IMG/VR virus record: IMGVR_UViG_2791355130_000003
Coordinates: 6,000-69,999 of that record
Length of the DNA: 64,000 nt
From: a virus
Taxonomy: Duplodnaviria; Caudoviricetes
Reading direction: 5' to 3' (one strand)
Below the pieces are notes generated by a model. It ran no database searches. It was not told the origin of the DNA and saw only the letters and a list, made by a program, of their open reading frames with translations. The translations under genes were made by a program, and so were the position numbers. Each line of letters opens with the position of its first letter. Position 1 is the first letter of the stretch. Shown one piece after another: positions 8,702 to 18,103 of the stretch.

Positions 8702-9402
8702 TGAAGATGAAACGCCTTTTTCTCGATACGCCCGCAGAGCTGGAGAAGCGGATCGACCGCTTCATCGAGCACATGCGGCATGCCGAGGACATCTTCTTCA
8801 CCAAGAACAAGCGAGGCCTGCCTACGCCGCGCGACCTGCTCTGGATACTGTTTGCCGACGCCGTCGACACGGCCCGAAACGTGCCCGACGTCGAACGCCG
8901 CATGGTCTCCAAGGTCGGATCGGCTATGCCCTCGTCGCGAGAGACCGAGCATCAGGCCTATGTGCGCGAGCTGTCGCGCATGGCCGACGGGATGCCACAG
9001 TACGACAGCACCGAAGTTCGCATCGTGGTTCACCAGTCGGCCGCCGATCGCATGGTCGACATCATGGACCTTCTCCGCTTCGTGCGGGCAGGGCGGCAAG
9101 GGCAAGACGCGCAGCGCTACAAGCGGACGTTCCTGGCGCATGCCGGCGGCCACGGCGTCGAGTTCTGCACCCGCGTCTGGGACCGGCATCGCGTCGAGGT
9201 CATGTCGAGGCAGGCGCTGCACGACGTCAAGAGCCGGGTCCTCGGCCAGATCCTGGTCGGCATCGAGAAGGAGTTCGGCCTGGTTCGCACCAGCCGCAGT
9301 TTCCGGCGCAAGACCGTTCGGGAAATCGACCAGCTTCGAAGGGAACGCAAGCGCGAGGAGAAACGTCGCCGGCGTGAGGAGCAGGAAAACAATGCCGGTT
9401 GA
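8698..9402 (+). CDS. Hypothetical phage protein (possible late regulator)
   Basis: ATGA coupling to rep; MMKMKRLFLD start. Confidence 0.65.
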   Translation: MMKMKRLFLDTPAELEKRIDRFIEHMRHAEDIFFTKNKRGLPTPRDLLWILFADAVDTARNVPDVERRMVSKVGSAMPSSRETEHQAYVRELSRMADGMPQYDSTEVRIVVHQSAADRMVDIMDLLRFVRAGRQGQDAQRYKRTFLAHAGGHGVEFCTRVWDRHRVEVMSRQALHDVKSRVLGQILVGIEKEFGLVRTSRSFRRKTVREIDQLRRERKREEKRRRREEQENNAG

Positions 9403-9817
9403 CATCGCGATGCCGCGCAACCTGGTCGATCGGCGCAAGAACGCCGGCCATGCCGCGATCTGCGCCGTCGGCTTCGAGACTGACCCGGGCGTCTTTCGGC
9501 TCGCTACGGCCGAAAACATCGAAGCGCATCTCCCCCAGCTCCAGCCCGGCCGGTGGGAGAGGCTGCATTTCGCGCACGTCGTCTGGACGCCAGGGCTCGC
9601 CGTGGCCCGCACCATGGTTCTGGGCGCAGAACGCAATCTCGCTAACTGCCATCTCGGCCAGCACTGGTACCGGGCAAGTCTCGACCTTCTTCACGGTGTG
9701 ATCCTGGCCGAGGCCGCAGCCCTTAGGTCCCCCGTTTGGTCGCAGTCCGAGATGATGCAGATGCTCAGAGGTCAGGCCATGCGCGCGGCCGATCGCTTTG
9801 CGGCGGGGATCGTCTGA
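9392..9817 (+). CDS. Hypothetical phage protein
   Basis: Start MPVDIAMPR, coupled. Confidence 0.6.
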   Translation: MPVDIAMPRNLVDRRKNAGHAAICAVGFETDPGVFRLATAENIEAHLPQLQPGRWERLHFAHVVWTPGLAVARTMVLGAERNLANCHLGQHWYRASLDLLHGVILAEAAALRSPVWSQSEMMQMLRGQAMRAADRFAAGIV

Positions 9818-10125
9818 TGTTCCCGACGGCCGACCAGATCGCCCTCGCCATCGTCATGGCCTGCCGGCCGCACCGAGAGGATCCGTTTGCGGTGTGCGCC
9901 GGCGGACTCGGCATGCGCGCTCGTCATCTCGCCATGGAAGCGTTGATGATCGGCTTTCCTGATGCCCGCCGAGTTGGGCTCGGAAAATGTCTGGCCTACG
10001 GCACTCCGCGTTCGGCGCAAGGCCAGGTGATCGGCGCCAAGAAAGGCAAGTGGTGGAGCGACGACCATGTCGACGAAATCGTCGGCGCCATCGTCGCCGA
10101 ACAATACGGCGAGCAAGCGCAATGA
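9817..10125 (+). CDS. Hypothetical phage protein
   Basis: TGATG coupling, MFPTADQIA. Confidence 0.65.
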   Translation: MFPTADQIALAIVMACRPHREDPFAVCAGGLGMRARHLAMEALMIGFPDARRVGLGKCLAYGTPRSAQGQVIGAKKGKWWSDDHVDEIVGAIVAEQYGEQAQ

Positions 10126-10215
10126 CCGCCTTCCTTTCCCGTTTCATCCGTCGTCTTCGCGGCCGCGCAATCCCGCGTGTGTCGTGTCGCGGCATCTACC
10201 TGAGGATCAACTGAA

Positions 10216-10566
10216 ATGGACACTCTACAAACCGCCGGCACCGAGCCGCTGGATGTCGACGAAGACTTCTCGGAAGCCGTCTCCCAGGAACTGGCCCGAG
10301 ATCCCTCCCAGCCGAAACCCTCGGTTCGCAACATGATCGCCACCACCGGTATGTCGCTGAAACGGCACATCGACCGGCTGCGCACCAAGGAGACCGAACT
10401 TGAAGCGACCAAGGCCGCCGCGACGGTCGAGTACGAGCGCGTCATCGCCCAGGCGAAGCTGGTGCGGGACAATTGCTACCAGGAGACCGACGCCGATCTC
10501 CACCAGATCAGGACGACACTCGAGGTGCTCGATCCGGCCCGGGCCAAGCTGTCTGAAATGGCATAA
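10216..10566 (+). CDS. Coiled-coil hypothetical protein
   Basis: 116-aa ORF with GAGG SD. Confidence 0.7.
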   Translation: MDTLQTAGTEPLDVDEDFSEAVSQELARDPSQPKPSVRNMIATTGMSLKRHIDRLRTKETELEATKAAATVEYERVIAQAKLVRDNCYQETDADLHQIRTTLEVLDPARAKLSEMA

Positions 10567-10569
10567 GCC

Positions 10570-11655
10570 ATGGAGGCGGTTGTCCCCTTCGACGATTCCG
10601 GACTCGCTCATGTCATCGAGCGAGCTCGGATGCTGTTCGACGACGGCGACGTCGCATCGGCACGCATGCTGGCCGCTGGCGCCTATGACCAGGCGAAGGC
10701 GGCAGGCAGCTACGCCACCCGCTTCCATGCCGGCGAGCATCTGATCCGGAAGGCACGCCGGCTCCAGGGTGACGCGCTGCTGATCGAAACGCGCGCGAAG
10801 ATCACGATTGCCACCGAATGGACTGCCGCCCAGGAAAAAGGGGAGGCCTCGAAGGGCGGCAGGCCGAAAACCGTTCCAGACGGAAACGGTTTCACGGCAG
10901 CCGAAGCCGGGCTCACCCGAAAGGAAATCCACGACGCTCGCAAGCTGGCGGATGCCGAGCGGCGGGATCCTGGCATTGTCGAGCGGGTGATCGCCGGGCG
11001 CGTCGCGGAAGGACTCGAGCCGAGCCGGGCGAATCTGCGCGTGGCGATCGGCACCGACACCGCCAGCGCGGCCGAGCGCGGCAACAATCTCTACGAGACG
11101 TGCCCGGAAGCGGTGCACACGCTGCTGGCGCTGGAGACCTTCGGCCCTCGCATCAAGGAACCGGCATGCGGTCGCGGCGCGATCTCGCGCATGCTGGAGG
11201 CGGCCGGCTACGACGTCGTGCTTTCCGATCTCGTCGACTATGGCACCGCAGATCGCCATGGCGTCTTGCAGGACGTCCGGGACTTCCTCACCAGCGAGGC
11301 AGGCGACGATTGCGACGATATCGTCACCAACCCGCCCTACGGCGCCGTGCTCAATGCTTTCGTCGCGCATGCGCTGCGCGTGTACCGGCCGCCGAAGATG
11401 GCGCTGTTGCTCAACCTGAATTTCCTCTGCGGCTTCGACGATCCCGACCGCAACTACGCCATGGACGACTGCAAGCCGGCGCGCATCCATGTCTTCACGC
11501 GGCGCCTGCCGATGATGCATCGCGACGGCTGGGACGGCAACGAAGCCTCGAGCCGCATGAACCTGGCCTGGTTTGTCTGGGAACAGAACCTTGTCGGCGA
11601 CTACGACGGGCCGACGGTCATCAATCGCGTCGACTGGAAAGACTATCAGCCGTGA
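10570..11655 (+). CDS. DNA amino-methyltransferase with N-terminal helical/HTH-like extension
   Basis: Motif I EPACGRGAI, motif IV TNPPY, LYET.PEAV. Confidence 0.85.
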   Translation: MEAVVPFDDSGLAHVIERARMLFDDGDVASARMLAAGAYDQAKAAGSYATRFHAGEHLIRKARRLQGDALLIETRAKITIATEWTAAQEKGEASKGGRPKTVPDGNGFTAAEAGLTRKEIHDARKLADAERRDPGIVERVIAGRVAEGLEPSRANLRVAIGTDTASAAERGNNLYETCPEAVHTLLALETFGPRIKEPACGRGAISRMLEAAGYDVVLSDLVDYGTADRHGVLQDVRDFLTSEAGDDCDDIVTNPPYGAVLNAFVAHALRVYRPPKMALLLNLNFLCGFDDPDRNYAMDDCKPARIHVFTRRLPMMHRDGWDGNEASSRMNLAWFVWEQNLVGDYDGPTVINRVDWKDYQP

Positions 11656-12134
11656 ACGTCCAACCCTTCTTGATCGGCGACGGCTGGATCGAGGTGCTCG
11701 ACGGCAACGACACTGCGCGCGACATCTTCGACCGCCACTATTCCCGCTATCGCTACGCCGACGGGCGGCAGCCGGCGTTGTTCGTCGGCCCGGGCGAAAA
11801 GCTCGTCCTGCTCACGGCTGACGCCGGCGCGGTTTCGGCTTGGCGACGCGAGCGGCACCGCTTCGATAATCAGCAAGGCGTCAACTGCGCGATCTTCCGT
11901 CGAGAGACCGGTGAAGTCGCAAGCGATCTGCTTGCCGCCGCAATGGCGATCGTTTGGCAGCGCTGGCCGGGCGAGCGGCTATTCACCTTCGTCGATCCCC
12001 GCGAGGTCGAGCCCACATGGCGCGCAGGACGACCGACATGGGGCCATTGCTTCTATCAAGCGGGCTGGCGCTACGCTGGCATCACGAAAAAACGGCTGCA
12101 CATTTTGGAATGCCGGCCGGAGTGGGTGAACTGA
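11652..12134 (+). CDS. Mom-like / GNAT-fold DNA modification protein
   Basis: GTG start overlapping the MTase stop; FDRHYS, FVGPGEKLVL, NCAIFRRE, FTFVDP, GHCFYQAGW motifs. Confidence 0.65.
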   Translation: MNVQPFLIGDGWIEVLDGNDTARDIFDRHYSRYRYADGRQPALFVGPGEKLVLLTADAGAVSAWRRERHRFDNQQGVNCAIFRRETGEVASDLLAAAMAIVWQRWPGERLFTFVDPREVEPTWRAGRPTWGHCFYQAGWRYAGITKKRLHILECRPEWVN

Positions 12135-12819
12135 TGCCTGCCTACCGCAGCTCGGCTGAGGCCGATATCCGAGATGCCGCTGTGGCCAAGATCCGCCAGC
12201 GCCGCCCCAATGCCAGGATCATCCATGAGATCAACGTCAGCTCGCATGGTCCCAACCGCATCGACGTTCTCGCCGTCGACCGCGCTGAGATCATCGCCTG
12301 CGAAGTGAAATCGGCCAAGGACAAGCTCGACCGCCTGCCGGCACAGGTCGCATCGATGTTCGGCGCGGCGCATCACGTCATCGCCGCCATCCACGAAAAA
12401 TTCCTGGTCGAGCAGGAACCAACCAGTGGGCGGCCCACGAGGAGCGCGACGGGAAATTCTTCATGCGCAACGTGCCCGAGGGGGTCAGCCACAAATGCGA
12501 AATCTGGGTGTACCCGGAGCGCAGGCGCGCCTTGCCGACCGCCAACCACGATCATCTCGAAAAATGGGCGCTGCCTCACCCTGTGTTCGAGCGCCCTCTT
12601 CCGGCAAGCGCTCTCGATCTCTTGTGGCGTGACGAGCTGCAACAGCTCTGCTCTTCGTTGCGTGTCTCCGCCACGCGCCAGTCTGTCATGACTGACATGG
12701 TCGCGGCCTTGCGGTGGCACTGCACCGGCAAGGAGCTGACGCGCGGCATCTGCCGACTCCTTCGAGCCCGCCAGTGCAAGGAAGCCGATCCCGAGATCAT
12801 CGAAAGGACTGCCGCATGA
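12134..12819 (+). pseudogene. PD-(D/E)XK nuclease-like protein split by a frameshift near 12417
   Basis: IIHE...RIDVLAV...ACEVKSAKDKLDRLP.Q in one frame; continuation NQWAAHEERDGKFFMRNVP...LDLLWRDEL in another. Confidence 0.7.
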
Positions 12820-13091
12820 ACCACTTCGCGGGCTTCACCACGCCGGTCGTGGGTGGTCATCACGCCATGCTGCGCTTTGCCGAGGACGGCCGCGCCGAGC
12901 CGGTGCTTGGCCCCGGCGGCGAGCCGAGGATATTCCCGACCGAGGTGGAGGCATGGAAGGCCGTCACCGAAAGCCTGTTGCGCTACTTCAATGGGCATAT
13001 GCGCCGTGATGGCGCAACCATCACCAGCGCCCGCGACGCGGCCGAACGCATCTTTCGAAAGGGCCGGATGATTCCGGTGGAGCACCGCTGA
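12816..13091 (+). CDS. Hypothetical phage protein
   Basis: MNHFAGF start, ATGA coupling. Confidence 0.7.
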   Translation: MNHFAGFTTPVVGGHHAMLRFAEDGRAEPVLGPGGEPRIFPTEVEAWKAVTESLLRYFNGHMRRDGATITSARDAAERIFRKGRMIPVEHR

Positions 13092-13363
13092 TGTCAGGAT
13101 TTCGCGAAGGCTGGGCTCTCAAATCGCCAACGGCCGTTACCACACACTACTTTCGCCGGCGCGGTCTCGGACTCGCCGTATCTCTCTGCGGCTCCCAGGA
13201 TGCGCCGGCCGGGTGGCTCATGGAAAATTCGGGCGCCGGCCAATGCGAACGTTGCGCCACGGTGCGGGCGAAGGAACTCGCCAGATTGGACGTTGTGCCA
13301 CCAGAGGCGGCCGAGGACGAGCGCGGCGACCAACGAGCGTGCGAAGGGAAGGCCGGCGACTGA
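13091..13363 (+). CDS. Small putative Zn-binding protein
   Basis: H...SLCG...CERC; last gene of the rightward operon. Confidence 0.6.
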   Translation: MSGFREGWALKSPTAVTTHYFRRRGLGLAVSLCGSQDAPAGWLMENSGAGQCERCATVRAKELARLDVVPPEAAEDERGDQRACEGKAGD

Positions 13364-13393
13364 CGCGCGCTGGCGAGGCCTCTACACTCGACG

Positions 13394-13429
13394 AAAAAAA
13401 TGGGGCAGCGGAGACCAATCCGCTGCCCC
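13394..13429 (-). terminator. Rho-independent terminator of the leftward accessory cluster
   Basis: GGGGCAGCGGA-ttggtc-TCCGCTGCCCC followed by ATTTTTTT on the minus strand. Confidence 0.85.
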
Positions 13430-13470
13430 TCCCTACCACAGCCGCCGGCCGCAGCCGGCGGTGCGGATTC
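13394..13470 (-). ncRNA. Candidate 3'-UTR-derived antisense sRNA (hairpin - seed CUGUGGUAGGGA - terminator)
   Basis: 8-bp hairpin 13442-13461, 12-nt unpaired seed 13430-13441 complementary to the repeated leader motif, 11-bp terminator stem plus U7. Confidence 0.6.
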
Positions 13471-14322
13471 CTACACCAGCATCGAGCGCGCATGTGCCTG
13501 GCGCAGCTGCGACTCCATCGAACGGATGGAGCGCGACGCCGCCGCCAGCGTGTCGGCCCATTTGTCGGCCTTGGTGGGATCGACCGACTTCAAGGCGATG
13601 CACTCGCCGTCCTTGAAGCCGCCGGCGATCGCGGCGATGATCCGCTCGACCGTCTTCTCCATCCTGCTCATGGCGGCGATATCGTCCTTCGACGGCTCCG
13701 GCCTGTCGTCGTCGAACATGCCGCCCTGCTCGATCCTGTCGCGGACGGCTTGCGCCGCCGCCTTGATGCTCGACCAGTCTTTTAGCTTGCCGCTGGAGAA
13801 CAGCTTCACGATGTTGACCTGATCGGCCGTGGGGAGGTCGACGAGGTCGTTTGCATGGCCGAGCGGGAAGGCACCGCTATCGACCAGCTTCTGGATCGTC
13901 TCGTCCAGATTAAGCAGCGCCGTGCGGGCCTTGATGCGCGTCGGCTGGACGCCGATGTCCTTCGCCAGCTGCTCGACCGTCCAGCCGCGGTCGATCATCG
14001 CGTGAAACGCCCGCGCTTCCTCCAGCGGCTTGATGTCGGCGCGGGCGAGGTTTTCCACGATCGCCTGCAGCGCCATCTCATTGTCGTTGATCTTCACGAC
14101 CTCGCAGAGAATGTCGGCCGCCTCGATCAGCTGGTGAGCGCGCCAGCGGCGCTCGCCGCCGACGATCATGAACTTGCCGTCGACCGGGCGAACCGTGATG
14201 GCCTGGATAAGGCCGCGCTCGCGGATCGATTCCGCCAGCTCGCGAAGCTTCACCGGGTCGAAATGCTTGCGCGGCTGGTCGGGGTTCGGGATCACCTGGC
14301 TGAGGGGGATACGCTTCTTCAT
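13471..14322 (-). CDS. ParB/RepB/Spo0J family protein
   Basis: PNPDQPRKHF, LAESIRERGLIQAITVRP, GGERRWRA, ENLARADI.PLEEA, HTH. Confidence 0.92.
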   Translation of the reverse strand: MKKRIPLSQVIPNPDQPRKHFDPVKLRELAESIRERGLIQAITVRPVDGKFMIVGGERRWRAHQLIEAADILCEVVKINDNEMALQAIVENLARADIKPLEEARAFHAMIDRGWTVEQLAKDIGVQPTRIKARTALLNLDETIQKLVDSGAFPLGHANDLVDLPTADQVNIVKLFSSGKLKDWSSIKAAAQAVRDRIEQGGMFDDDRPEPSKDDIAAMSRMEKTVERIIAAIAGGFKDGECIALKSVDPTKADKWADTLAAASRSIRSMESQLRQAHARSMLV

Positions 14323-14383
14323 GGTCTTGGTCTCCGTGGTAGGGATTGAGGGCAAAACGCCGCCCCGCAGGGCGGCGCTGTAA

Positions 14384-14623
14384 TCAGGGGGCAACTTCGA
14401 GGCCGAGGTAGCCGGTCGCTACCTGTTCGGCGAAGTTCGCGCGGGCATGTGCGCTGGCCCACACCTTCGCGTCCGACAAGCTCATGGCGGGAGAGAAGAA
14501 GGTCTCGACCTCACGGTCGCAGCTCTCGTCGATGATGATGAAGCCCCAGCCGCCATATCCCTTCGGCTTGCGGCCATGGGAACGCTCGTAGAGGGTGGTG
14601 TAGATTTCGATGGGCTTAGGCAT
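14384..14623 (-). CDS. Hypothetical protein (SHGRKPKGYGGW motif)
   Basis: Preceded by leader motif, operator and promoter. Confidence 0.75.
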   Translation of the reverse strand: MPKPIEIYTTLYERSHGRKPKGYGGWGFIIIDESCDREVETFFSPAMSLSDAKVWASAHARANFAEQVATGYLGLEVAP

Positions 14624-14665
14624 GGTCTGGTCTCCGCGGTAGGAAATTTCTTAGGAATATCAGGA

Positions 14666-14694
14666 ACTTAGTTTGTAACCGATCTGGTTACAAG
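14666..14694 (-). promoter_or_regulatory. Sigma70 promoter CTTGTA-N17-CTAAGT overlapped by an operator (14674-14692)
   Basis: Resembles the rhizobial CTTGAC-N17-CTATAT consensus; operator TGTAACCGATCTGGTTACA. Confidence 0.75.
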
Positions 14695-14701
14695 TGGGTT
14701 A

Positions 14702-15031
14702 CTAAGAAAAGTTTCTGACCAGTTCTGCAGCGCGTTGCGGAAATGCCTTTGCGACTGATCGTGTCCAGATCGTCGCTCGATAGCCCTGCCCGCAATCGAG
14801 ATCGCAAGAGAGACCGCCGACTCTTGTTATGCGCCATCCATCCGGCATCGGCTCACCAGCGAGCCAGAGGATGCACCGACGCGCGTCGTCGCGCCGGGCG
14901 AAGTCCTCCGCAACTCGGTCGTGGTAGGCTGTAAGGGAGTACCAATCGCCGCCGTCGCGCTCCGTGTAATAGCCCGGCGCCAGCGACTTGATTGCTTCTA
15001 TCAGTTCGTCGGAGGTGCGAAGGTCAGCCAT
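14702..15031 (-). CDS. Hypothetical protein
   Basis: MADLRTSDEL start, coupled. Confidence 0.65.
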   Translation of the reverse strand: MADLRTSDELIEAIKSLAPGYYTERDGGDWYSLTAYHDRVAEDFARRDDARRCILWLAGEPMPDGWRITRVGGLSCDLDCGQGYRATIWTRSVAKAFPQRAAELVRNFS

Positions 15032-15266
15032 TTTCCTGGCCCTCCTGCACCTCGCATGCGCTGTCGAGGATTTCGACCCCCGCCGGCGACTGTCCCGGGT
15101 CGAGGAGAGAGCGAAGATGGTTGCCGACGTCCTCGACGGGAAATTCTGCCAGGTACTCTTCCTCGCTGTCGTGCGAACCATCGGCGACCGCGCGCCTTGC
15201 GGCTGCATTTGCCAATGCAAGGGTATCGAGGACCCTCACATAGATCGAGACTTCGGCGGTGATCAT
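15024..15266 (-). CDS. Small acidic hypothetical protein
   Basis: GGAGG SD, MITAEVSIYVRV. Confidence 0.65.
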   Translation of the reverse strand: MITAEVSIYVRVLDTLALANAAARRAVADGSHDSEEEYLAEFPVEDVGNHLRSLLDPGQSPAGVEILDSACEVQEGQENG

Positions 15267-15526
15267 CCTAGCCTCCGTTTTGAAGCCGCGAGAAAATCGG
15301 CCGTGCAGATCGTGAAGTCGCCGGCGGCGCCGCCGCCGATGTGGGCATGATGATACTCGTCCAGCTCGTCGAGCAGAGGGCGGATGTCGCCCCAGGTCGG
15401 ATAGGCTTCCTGGTTGCTCTGCCAGAACTCCCCCAGCGTGCCGGTCCACTCCGGCTCGCCGAGGTCGAGCGGGTTCTTCACATGGCCCACGAACAGATGG
15501 ACGGTGGTGGTGATGTCGATCGTCAT
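15263..15526 (-). CDS. Hypothetical protein
   Basis: GAGGAG SD, 87 aa. Confidence 0.7.
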   Translation of the reverse strand: MTIDITTTVHLFVGHVKNPLDLGEPEWTGTLGEFWQSNQEAYPTWGDIRPLLDELDEYHHAHIGGGAAGDFTICTADFLAASKRRLG

Positions 15527-15537
15527 GACTACTCTCC

Positions 15538-16065
15538 TCAGTCCATGTTGCAGCGAACGAGCGCGGTCGCGTAGTCGATGCCGGTCTCTTCGGCATAGAT
15601 TGCGGCCTGATCGCCGGGACGATTGGTGGCGGCCGCCGTCGTCGACGGCTCGGCTTTGGCGATGGCTTCGGCCACCATCGCATTGCTTTTCAGGCTTGGG
15701 TCTCGGATGACGCAGAGTTTGAGCGCCGCCAGGATGTCCGGCCGCGCCCGTTCGCGCGGGATCGCGGCGCGCAAACTGGCCAGGATGTCACCGACGCCCT
15801 TCTGCAGCGGATCACTCTCGAAGCCGGAAATGAACGACTCGGCCCGAGTCAGAGCGTCGACGGTGTCGCTGGCGTGATCGAACGGGAGCCTTTCGACGAG
15901 CTCGTCGCGGAGCGTGGCGGCGGACTCGAGCGTGAGTGTTTCACACGCCCGCGACCCGCCCTTCGGGCCATAGAACGAAAGCACGACTTCGCCCTTGCCT
16001 CGCGCGGCGCTGTTCAGCGATTCCATCGTGCCCTTGGCGGCGATGCTGATGTAAATCGTGTCCAT
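15538..16065 (-). CDS. Hypothetical protein
   Basis: MDTIYISIAA start, TGATG coupling. Confidence 0.65.
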   Translation of the reverse strand: MDTIYISIAAKGTMESLNSAARGKGEVVLSFYGPKGGSRACETLTLESAATLRDELVERLPFDHASDTVDALTRAESFISGFESDPLQKGVGDILASLRAAIPRERARPDILAALKLCVIRDPSLKSNAMVAEAIAKAEPSTTAAATNRPGDQAAIYAEETGIDYATALVRCNMD

Positions 16066-16565
16066 CACATTTCCCCTTCGATCTTGTCGGCCAAGGGCGA
16101 AATAACCTCGTCCCAGATCGCATTGCAGATTTCGTTGTCGGCGTGGTCGGACACGACATCGTAGCCCGAATTGCCATAGATCAGCTGGAACCAGCCGAGC
16201 TTGTCGCCGGTCGGGCTCCGCAGATGAATGCCGTCCTCGTCGGTCGAGAACAGCGCCAGCATGATCGCCGCCTTGTCGTCGGACCGCCTCACCACCCAAT
16301 CCTCGCTGTCGTAGACGGAAATCAGGTAGCCCCGGTCGAGGCAGGCCTTCACCAGCGCGCGGGCGATGCGGCGCTCGGCGCGGATGCGGTCAGCGGTCTC
16401 ACGCGATCGGCGCGCCAACGCCTGCTCGATCGCTTCGTCGAAGCCGGTCTTCGGCTCGCCCATCTCGGCATCTTCGGCCAGCCGGGCGGACAGCGCCTGG
16501 TTGCCCGAGGCGGTGAGAGCATTGCAGATCGCCAGCATCTCAGCCGGCGTAACGTTGATGGTCAT
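16065..16565 (-). CDS. Hypothetical protein (GWFQLIYGNSGYDVVSDH motif)
   Basis: Leader motif upstream. Confidence 0.75.
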   Translation of the reverse strand: MTINVTPAEMLAICNALTASGNQALSARLAEDAEMGEPKTGFDEAIEQALARRSRETADRIRAERRIARALVKACLDRGYLISVYDSEDWVVRRSDDKAAIMLALFSTDEDGIHLRSPTGDKLGWFQLIYGNSGYDVVSDHADNEICNAIWDEVISPLADKIEGEM

Positions 16566-16610
16566 GGTCATTCTCCGTGGTAGGGGTGGATCTCGAGGAA
16601 GGCGCGGGGA

Positions 16611-17213
16611 TCAACCCCACGCCAGTCCCCAGCGCTTGGCGCAAACCGGCCCGTAGCCTACATCGATGGAGCGGTGGTCGGTCAGCTCGATCGCGCAGAA
16701 ACAGCAGTTGCCGGTGCGCTTGCCGTGGGCGGCGCCGGCCTTCGAAGGGTTCTCGGCCAGAGCGGTCAGAGCCGAGACCAAGCCGTCGGGACCGGGCGAC
16801 CGACGCGAGCGGGTGAACTCGCCCTTGCGGTCGATGCGGCCGTACCAGTCGCGGCTCTCGAACGAGCCCGGCGACGAGACGTTGATCTGGCCGGCGTGAG
16901 CGGAGCGCGCACCAGCGAGAGCAAGGACGACCGTCTCGCCGTTGACGTCGAAACGGATCTTCGGATGCTTGAGCTTGTTGGCGATCGCCGTGTCGAACAG
17001 CGCGATCAGGCCATCCATCGAGCCGACCTTGGCCTTTGGCGCCGCGGGCTCGCCGGCTTGTGCGCGCTGGGTCAAAGTCGCCACCCAGGGCCACTGCCGC
17101 TCCGAGAGACTCGAGCGGCTGTCATACTGGTGCAGGAGGGATGCGGCGAACTCCGCGTCGCGGCCGTGCAGCTTCGGGGCTGACTGGCGCAGAGCTTCGA
17201 TTTCGAGGTTCAT
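16611..17213 (-). CDS. DUF6011-type Zn-finger protein
   Basis: C-terminal CCFCAIELTDHRSIDVGYGPVCA; N-terminal EFAASLL.Q...LSERQW. Confidence 0.75.
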   Translation of the reverse strand: MNLEIEALRQSAPKLHGRDAEFAASLLHQYDSRSSLSERQWPWVATLTQRAQAGEPAAPKAKVGSMDGLIALFDTAIANKLKHPKIRFDVNGETVVLALAGARSAHAGQINVSSPGSFESRDWYGRIDRKGEFTRSRRSPGPDGLVSALTALAENPSKAGAAHGKRTGNCCFCAIELTDHRSIDVGYGPVCAKRWGLAWG

Positions 17214-17430
17214 GTCTGGTCTCCGTGGTAGGGATTTCCCAGATCGGTGCGGCTCCGGCGGTTATGCTAGGCCTGGCCCGTCCCCGGTTCGATTTCACTC
17301 GGCCGGTCAGTTTGACGAGAAGTCACCAATCGCCGGCCCGTTGCTGAAAGGGGAGTTCCGGCGAAGGCTGCAGCGGTGAAAGGAAACGGCTTTCTGCTGC
17401 ACCGATCTGAATTTCTAAGTTACTTCAATA

Positions 17431-17459
17431 ACTTAGCTTGTAACCAAATCGGTTACAAG
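17431..17459 (-). promoter_or_regulatory. Sigma70 promoter CTTGTA-N17-CTAAGT with operator (17439-17457)
   Basis: Near-duplicate of the 14666-14699 segment; TGTAACCAAATCGGTTACA. Confidence 0.75.
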
Positions 17460-17506
17460 TGGGTGCAGGCAAAAAAGAACAATAATTTCAATGACTTCGG
17501 TGGCGG

Positions 17507-18103
17507 TCAGTTCACCGGCTTGAACCGGGATTCCAGGACGGCGCCGGAAATCGAGCGCTGGTCGTCGCCGCATTGCACGAGTGCCTGGTCGACGTGTTCC
17601 GGATTGACGCCGATCACCTTCCAGACGCGGCCCTGCTGGTCGGGCGCTTCGGCGCCGAGGTAGGGCGCGACCTGGAGGGGCTGCGGTGGCTGACGCAGGC
17701 GGTATTGCGCCGGCAGCTTGGGATGGTGCCAACCACAGCCCTCGGCCTCCAGGCCATGTTCGAACACTTCGAGCCGGAGCTTTTCTTTCAGCCAGACCGA
17801 GATGTAGGCGCGATGGCAATACTGGTTGTCGGTCGGGGCCTCGTAGCAGAGCAGGGCGACGTCCCTGCCGCCCGAGAGGTCTTCCATCTTGGCGACGATC
17901 CGGCCAGGATTAAGCCTGTCGAGTCCTTCGAAGTAGAGCTGCTTATACTCGCGCTCGCTGGCGGTCTTGAACCATTCGCCTGGGGCGAGTTCCGGCATCT
18001 TGCGATAGCCTGCCGGGTATCCTCGCGGCGTTCCCCTGGACACCCCGATCTTCTGGATTTCGGGCGGCAGCTTGGTGAACCAGGAGCTGGTGAAAATGCG
18101 CAT
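17507..18103 (-). CDS. DUF488-family protein with C-terminal extension
   Basis: MRIFTSSWF, IGVSRGTP, LAP, VALLCYE, CHR motifs. Confidence 0.75.
   Translation of the reverse strand: MRIFTSSWFTKLPPEIQKIGVSRGTPRGYPAGYRKMPELAPGEWFKTASEREYKQLYFEGLDRLNPGRIVAKMEDLSGGRDVALLCYEAPTDNQYCHRAYISVWLKEKLRLEVFEHGLEAEGCGWHHPKLPAQYRLRQPPQPLQVAPYLGAEAPDQQGRVWKVIGVNPEHVDQALVQCGDDQRSISGAVLESRFKPVN

Noticed and set aside
10818-11651. 438-aa ORF 10818..12134 as one protein
   Set aside because: The first 278 codons overlap the MTase in another frame and are low-complexity Arg-rich; the real gene starts at GTG 11652.
13471-14322. ParB as evidence of a phage-plasmid partition system
   Set aside because: No ParA/RepA ATPase or parS array seen in the window; orphan ParB proteins are common in accessory regions. 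Not fully excluded without flanking sequence.
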